Below, one piece after another: positions 60,917 to 64,000 of a stretch of DNA of 64,000 nucleotides. The notes beneath the pieces are model-generated. The model made no database searches, was not told the origin of the DNA, and saw nothing but the letters and a program-made list of their open reading frames with translations. The position numbers and the translations under genes are program-made. How positions within the stretch are numbered: the stretch's first letter is position 1; each line of letters starts with the position of its first letter. This stretch comes from an uncultured Acidobacteriaceae bacterium (GTDB taxonomy: Bacteria; Acidobacteriota; Terriglobia; Terriglobales; Acidobacteriaceae), in the NCBI GenBank assembly GCA_963836305.1, contig CAWIJP010000015.1, positions 45,900 through 109,899 on the forward strand. The letters run 5' to 3'.

Positions 60917-62302
60917 TTGCTGGTTCATGTCGTTCAACCCCCTGAAGCGGCAATTGTGAACGGAAGTAAGGTAAATTCAGAAAACGTTTACCATTTTCTG
61001 CGTATAATCTTGGTCGTTCGTCCTCTTTGGACCAATTTGCAGTGGAGAGATGATTTGCGTTGGCGAATCGCCATTCTGGTCAGCGCTGCGATCGCAGTCA
61101 GCTATCTTGACCGCCAGACGTTGCCGGTCGCAATCAAAGCGATCAGCAAGGATATCCCGCTGACCAACGTGCAGTTCTCCGAACTCCAGTCGGCGTTCTT
61201 ATTCTCTTACGCACTGATGTATGCGGGGGGTGGTAAATTGGTCGACCTCCTGGGAACGCATCGCGGTTTTACGGTGATTATGCTGTTCTGGTCGCTGGCT
61301 TGCGCTAGCCATGCTTTTGCCACCAGTTTCGTGGTGCTCGCGACCAGTAGATTTCTGCTAGGCATAGGCGAGGGCGGCGGTTTTCCTGCCGCTACCCGGG
61401 CAGTCGCGGAGTGGTTTCCAACCGAAGAGCGCGCCACGGCGATGGGCATCATTAATGCGGGGACGGCAGTTGGAGCGGTTATCGCTCCTCCCTTGATTGC
61501 CGCCGTTCTTGGCTATACGAACTGGCGGTGGATTTTCGTTGTCACCGGCGGATTCGGTTTGCTCTGGGCCGCATGGTGGAACTGGTCATATCGACCGCCT
61601 AAAGAAATTTCACATCGAAATCGCGAGGCTCAGAACGAGCCATCCGCCTCCCCCGAGGGCCTAATTCCTTGGACTCGATTGCTCCGCCTTCGCGAAACCT
61701 GGGGGCTCGTAACTGCCAAATTCCTCAGCGATGCGGCTTGGTTTTTTTATCTGTTCTGGCTCCCAAAGTATCTCTATGATGCCCGCGGCTTTGACGTCAA
61801 AGCAGTCGGTACGTTTGCCTGGATGCCTAACGCCGCGGCCGGAGTGGGTTGTCTGCTGGGCGGGGGCTTTTCCAGCTATCTGGTTCGCCGACGATTCTCA
61901 CTCGATACCGCGCGGAAACTGGCACTCGGCTGCAGCGCAGCAATGATGCCTCTTGTCATTCTCATTCCACATGTGGCAGTTTCGTGGGCCATCTCGCTCT
62001 TCTGCGTGGCCTATTTCGGACAGCAGTCCTGGTCGACGCTGGTGATGGTACTACCCACCGATATTTTTTCGCACAGTATTGTTGGTTCGGTAGCCGGACT
62101 GGTCGGGTTCGGCGGAGCGATGGGCGGAATTGTATTTGGAGAAGTAGCCGGCTACTTATTGGACCACGGCTTCGGTTACGGCACGGTGTTCGGCCTCGCG
62201 GGGACGCTTCACGTCGTTGCATTCCTGCTTATTCTGACCACCATTCCAGCAGTACAACCTTTGTCCCTGGAAAACAAATTCAGCTTCGGCGGAACTCAAT
62301 GA
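60917..62302 (+). CDS. MFS transporter (hexuronate/sugar-acid, ACS/ExuT-like)
   Basis: 'RWRIAILVSAAIAVSYLDRQTLPVA', 'GGKLVDLLGTHRG' and 'LLGIGEGGGFPAATRAVAEWFPTEERATAMG' are typical of the anion:cation symporter MFS group. About 12 helices. The start is uncertain: TTG 60917 is the ORF-track start and no in-frame ATG lies near the N-terminus. Confidence 0.75.
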   Translation: MLVHVVQPPEAAIVNGSKVNSENVYHFLRIILVVRPLWTNLQWRDDLRWRIAILVSAAIAVSYLDRQTLPVAIKAISKDIPLTNVQFSELQSAFLFSYALMYAGGGKLVDLLGTHRGFTVIMLFWSLACASHAFATSFVVLATSRFLLGIGEGGGFPAATRAVAEWFPTEERATAMGIINAGTAVGAVIAPPLIAAVLGYTNWRWIFVVTGGFGLLWAAWWNWSYRPPKEISHRNREAQNEPSASPEGLIPWTRLLRLRETWGLVTAKFLSDAAWFFYLFWLPKYLYDARGFDVKAVGTFAWMPNAAAGVGCLLGGGFSSYLVRRRFSLDTARKLALGCSAAMMPLVILIPHVAVSWAISLFCVAYFGQQSWSTLVMVLPTDIFSHSIVGSVAGLVGFGGAMGGIVFGEVAGYLLDHGFGYGTVFGLAGTLHVVAFLLILTTIPAVQPLSLENKFSFGGTQ

Positions 62303-63471
62303 GAATCACGGGAATTCGTACTCGCGTCGTACGCTGGATCGGAAAAACGGTTCCGTTGCCTGCCCACTTTTGCACCAACCCGATGGATCTGCTGCAACTG
62401 CCGGAAGCTTCCATGCAAACGTTTACCTTTCACGGCTGGCTGGTGGTCGAAGTGTTTACGAATGATGGCCTCATTGGGTTGGGCAATGCCGCCCTCGCTC
62501 CTCAAGTGACAAAGCAGGTGATTGATCTTTATCTCAAACCTCTCTTGATCGGCCAGGATCCGTGGGATATTGAACGACTGTGGCAGCACATGTATCGCAA
62601 GACGATGGCGTTTGGGCGCAAGGGAATCGGCATGGCTGCGATCAGCGCACTCGATATTGCATTGTGGGACCTTCTGGGCAAATCGGCCAAACAGCCCGTG
62701 TACCGCCTGCTTGGAGGCCGAACAAAAACGCGCATTCCGGTTTACGCCTCTCGACTCTACAGCGTGGAACTGGGCGAACTGGCACGGGAAGCGAAGAGCT
62801 ACAAGGACGAAGGCTACCAGGCCATGAAGCTCCGCTTTGGATGGGGACCTTCGGACAGCGCTCGCGGCATGCAGCGCAATCTTGAACTGGTTCGCACCGT
62901 CCGCGAGAGCGTTGGCGACGGAATCGACATCATGGCCGATGCCTACATGGGCTGGACTCTCGACTATGCCAAGCGCATGCTGCCGCTGCTCGAGCCCTTT
63001 CGCCTTCGATGGCTGGAGGAGCCGGTAATCCCAGACGATATCCACGGTTATGCCGAGTTGAAATCTTACGGACGAATTCCGATCGCGGGCGGCGAACATG
63101 AATTCACCCTTTACGGCTTTCGAGATCTTCTTGAAGCTCACGCGCTTGACTATATCCAGTTCGATACCAACCGTGTGGGCGGGATTACGCAGGCCCGCAA
63201 AATCGCCGCCATGGCCGAAGCACACTCCATACCGGTGATTCCGCATGCCGGACAGATGCACAACTACCACCTCGTAATGGCCAGCCTGAATTCTCCGATG
63301 GCGGAATATTTTCCCGTCGTCGATGTGGAGGTAGGTAACGAACTTTTCTGGTACATCTTCCAGGGCGAACCCAAGGCGGAGAACGGCAGCATAGAGCTCG
63401 ACGACAAGACTCAAGGCCTCGGACTTACCATCAACGAAGCCGGACTCGAGCGATTTGAGGTATTTGAATAA
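62299..63471 (+). CDS. Enolase-superfamily sugar-acid dehydratase, L-rhamnonate-dehydratase-like
   Basis: ATG 62299 overlaps the MFS stop (ATGA). 'ISALDIALWDLLGKSAKQPVYRLLGG', 'DIMADAYMGW', 'RWLEEP', 'IAGGEHE', 'IQFDTNRVGGIT' and 'VIPHAG' follow the MR/MLE metal-ligand and acid-base pattern. Resemblance to E. coli RhmD is judged from memory. The ORF-track start at 61849 lies inside the MFS gene. Confidence 0.75.
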   Translation: MRITGIRTRVVRWIGKTVPLPAHFCTNPMDLLQLPEASMQTFTFHGWLVVEVFTNDGLIGLGNAALAPQVTKQVIDLYLKPLLIGQDPWDIERLWQHMYRKTMAFGRKGIGMAAISALDIALWDLLGKSAKQPVYRLLGGRTKTRIPVYASRLYSVELGELAREAKSYKDEGYQAMKLRFGWGPSDSARGMQRNLELVRTVRESVGDGIDIMADAYMGWTLDYAKRMLPLLEPFRLRWLEEPVIPDDIHGYAELKSYGRIPIAGGEHEFTLYGFRDLLEAHALDYIQFDTNRVGGITQARKIAAMAEAHSIPVIPHAGQMHNYHLVMASLNSPMAEYFPVVDVEVGNELFWYIFQGEPKAENGSIELDDKTQGLGLTINEAGLERFEVFE

Positions 63472-63495
63472 TTTTTCAAGGACAAAATCGTACTG

Positions 63496-64000
63496 ATGAC
63501 ACGGCTCATTCAAATCAAAAGAGGAAGTATTCGGCGGGTGGCGCTGGTCGAGGAGCCAAATGTCCGCTTGCTGGATACCTGCTCTTCGATCTACGAACTG
63601 GCTCACCTCGCCATTGCCGCTGGCATGAAGCTCAGCGACATCGCAAGGCAGAGGGCCCGGCCAGATGCTCTCGATTACAACTCGATCTATAGCGGCAGAT
63701 CGGAGTGGCAAATCCTTCCAGCGATTGACCACCCTGACGAAGCCAGTCGCTGCCTGATTTCCGGCACAGGACTCACCCATCTCGGCAGTGCTCGAAATCG
63801 GCAGTCCATGCACGAACTCGTCTCGGAGAACCCCACGGACAGTATGAAAATGTTCCAGTGGGGTGTCGAAGATGGACGGCCAGCGGATGACCGCATTGGG
63901 ATACCTCCGGAATGGTTTTACAAAGGCACAGGTTGTGCGCTACGCGCGCACGGAGAGCCGCTCGATGTTCCGTGCTACGCCGAAGATGGCGGAGAGGAAG
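63496..64000 (+). CDS. FAH-family (GguC/AraD1-like) protein, 5' partial (runs off the window)
   Basis: Open frame from ATG 63496 to the window end (168 codons translated by hand, no stop): 'MTRLIQIKRGSIRRVALVEEPNVRLLDTCSSIYELAHLAIAAGMKLSDIA..ISGTGLTHLGSARNRQSMH..KMFQWGVEDGRP'. The family call is from memory of GguC-type N-termini and from the sugar-acid context. Confidence 0.5.
   Translation, partial: MTRLIQIKRGSIRRVALVEEPNVRLLDTCSSIYELAHLAIAAGMKLSDIARQRARPDALDYNSIYSGRSEWQILPAIDHPDEASRCLISGTGLTHLGSARNRQSMHELVSENPTDSMKMFQWGVEDGRPADDRIGIPPEWFYKGTGCALRAHGEPLDVPCYAEDGGEE

Noticed and set aside
61849-62298. 150-codon N-terminal extension of the dehydratase ORF given in the track
   Set aside because: The extension lies entirely inside the MFS transporter gene in another frame and is Arg/Ser-rich. 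The conserved enolase N-terminus begins at Met 62299, which overlaps the MFS stop (ATGA).
62296-63813. 505-aa minus-strand ORF, the longest unassigned ORF in the track
   Set aside because: It lies exactly antisense to the enolase-superfamily dehydratase and the FAH-like gene, both of which have strong family signatures. Its translation is Arg/Ala/Val/His-rich with no motifs. This is a typical shadow ORF of GC-rich DNA.
1-64000. tRNA, rRNA, tmRNA or other housekeeping RNA genes
   Set aside because: Scanning the intergenic regions over 100 bp by eye, I found no cloverleaf-compatible GTTCGAATC-type T-arm contexts or rRNA-like segments. tRNAscan-SE and Infernal should be run to confirm.

Overview
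This is a moderately GC-rich chromosomal window. Its gene content looks like a soil Acidobacteriota (Terriglobia-like) genome: CarboxypepD_reg-type TonB-dependent receptors, a Ser/Thr kinase fused to TolB-like propellers, a CadC-like/TPR regulator, CRTAC1 (FG-GAP + ASPIC/UnbV) proteins and many Tat-exported hydrolases. The taxonomic call is inference only.

Layout:
- 1-23 kb holds unrelated housekeeping and accessory genes: a TBDR, a TPR-sulfotransferase, a beta-propeller/phosphoesterase fusion, TetR-AKR-SDR and AraC-MDR detox-type modules, a GH2, a kinase and a CadC-like regulator.
- 23-27 kb holds a ceruloplasmin-like two-domain multicopper oxidase plus three small exported proteins of unknown function.
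- 26.8-30.8 kb is a mobile-DNA scar: a multiply frameshifted large serine recombinase, followed by an IS91-family unit made of a frameshifted tyrosine recombinase and an HUH-Y2 transposase.
- 30.8-64 kb is the most interesting part (details below).

The 30.8-64 kb region starts with a complete trans-4-hydroxy-L-proline to 2-oxoglutarate operon that uses a three-subunit D-Hyp dehydrogenase. Beside it are an APC permease, two DPP-IV-type prolyl peptidases, a GntR regulator, a giant TBDR and an uncharacterised 792-aa Tat-exported protein. Further along are two TPR/CRTAC1 pairs, a GH127 (the beta-L-arabinofuranosidase family of HypBA1), a DUF885 putative metallopeptidase and a sugar-acid module (MFS, rhamnonate-dehydratase-like, FAH-like).

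I interpret this region as a candidate super-locus for harvesting hydroxyproline-rich (glyco)proteins. A 22-nt operator-like motif is shared by three of its promoters.

I could not recognise any rRNA, tRNA or CRISPR array by eye. All family calls rest on motif recognition in the supplied translations, and no database search was run.
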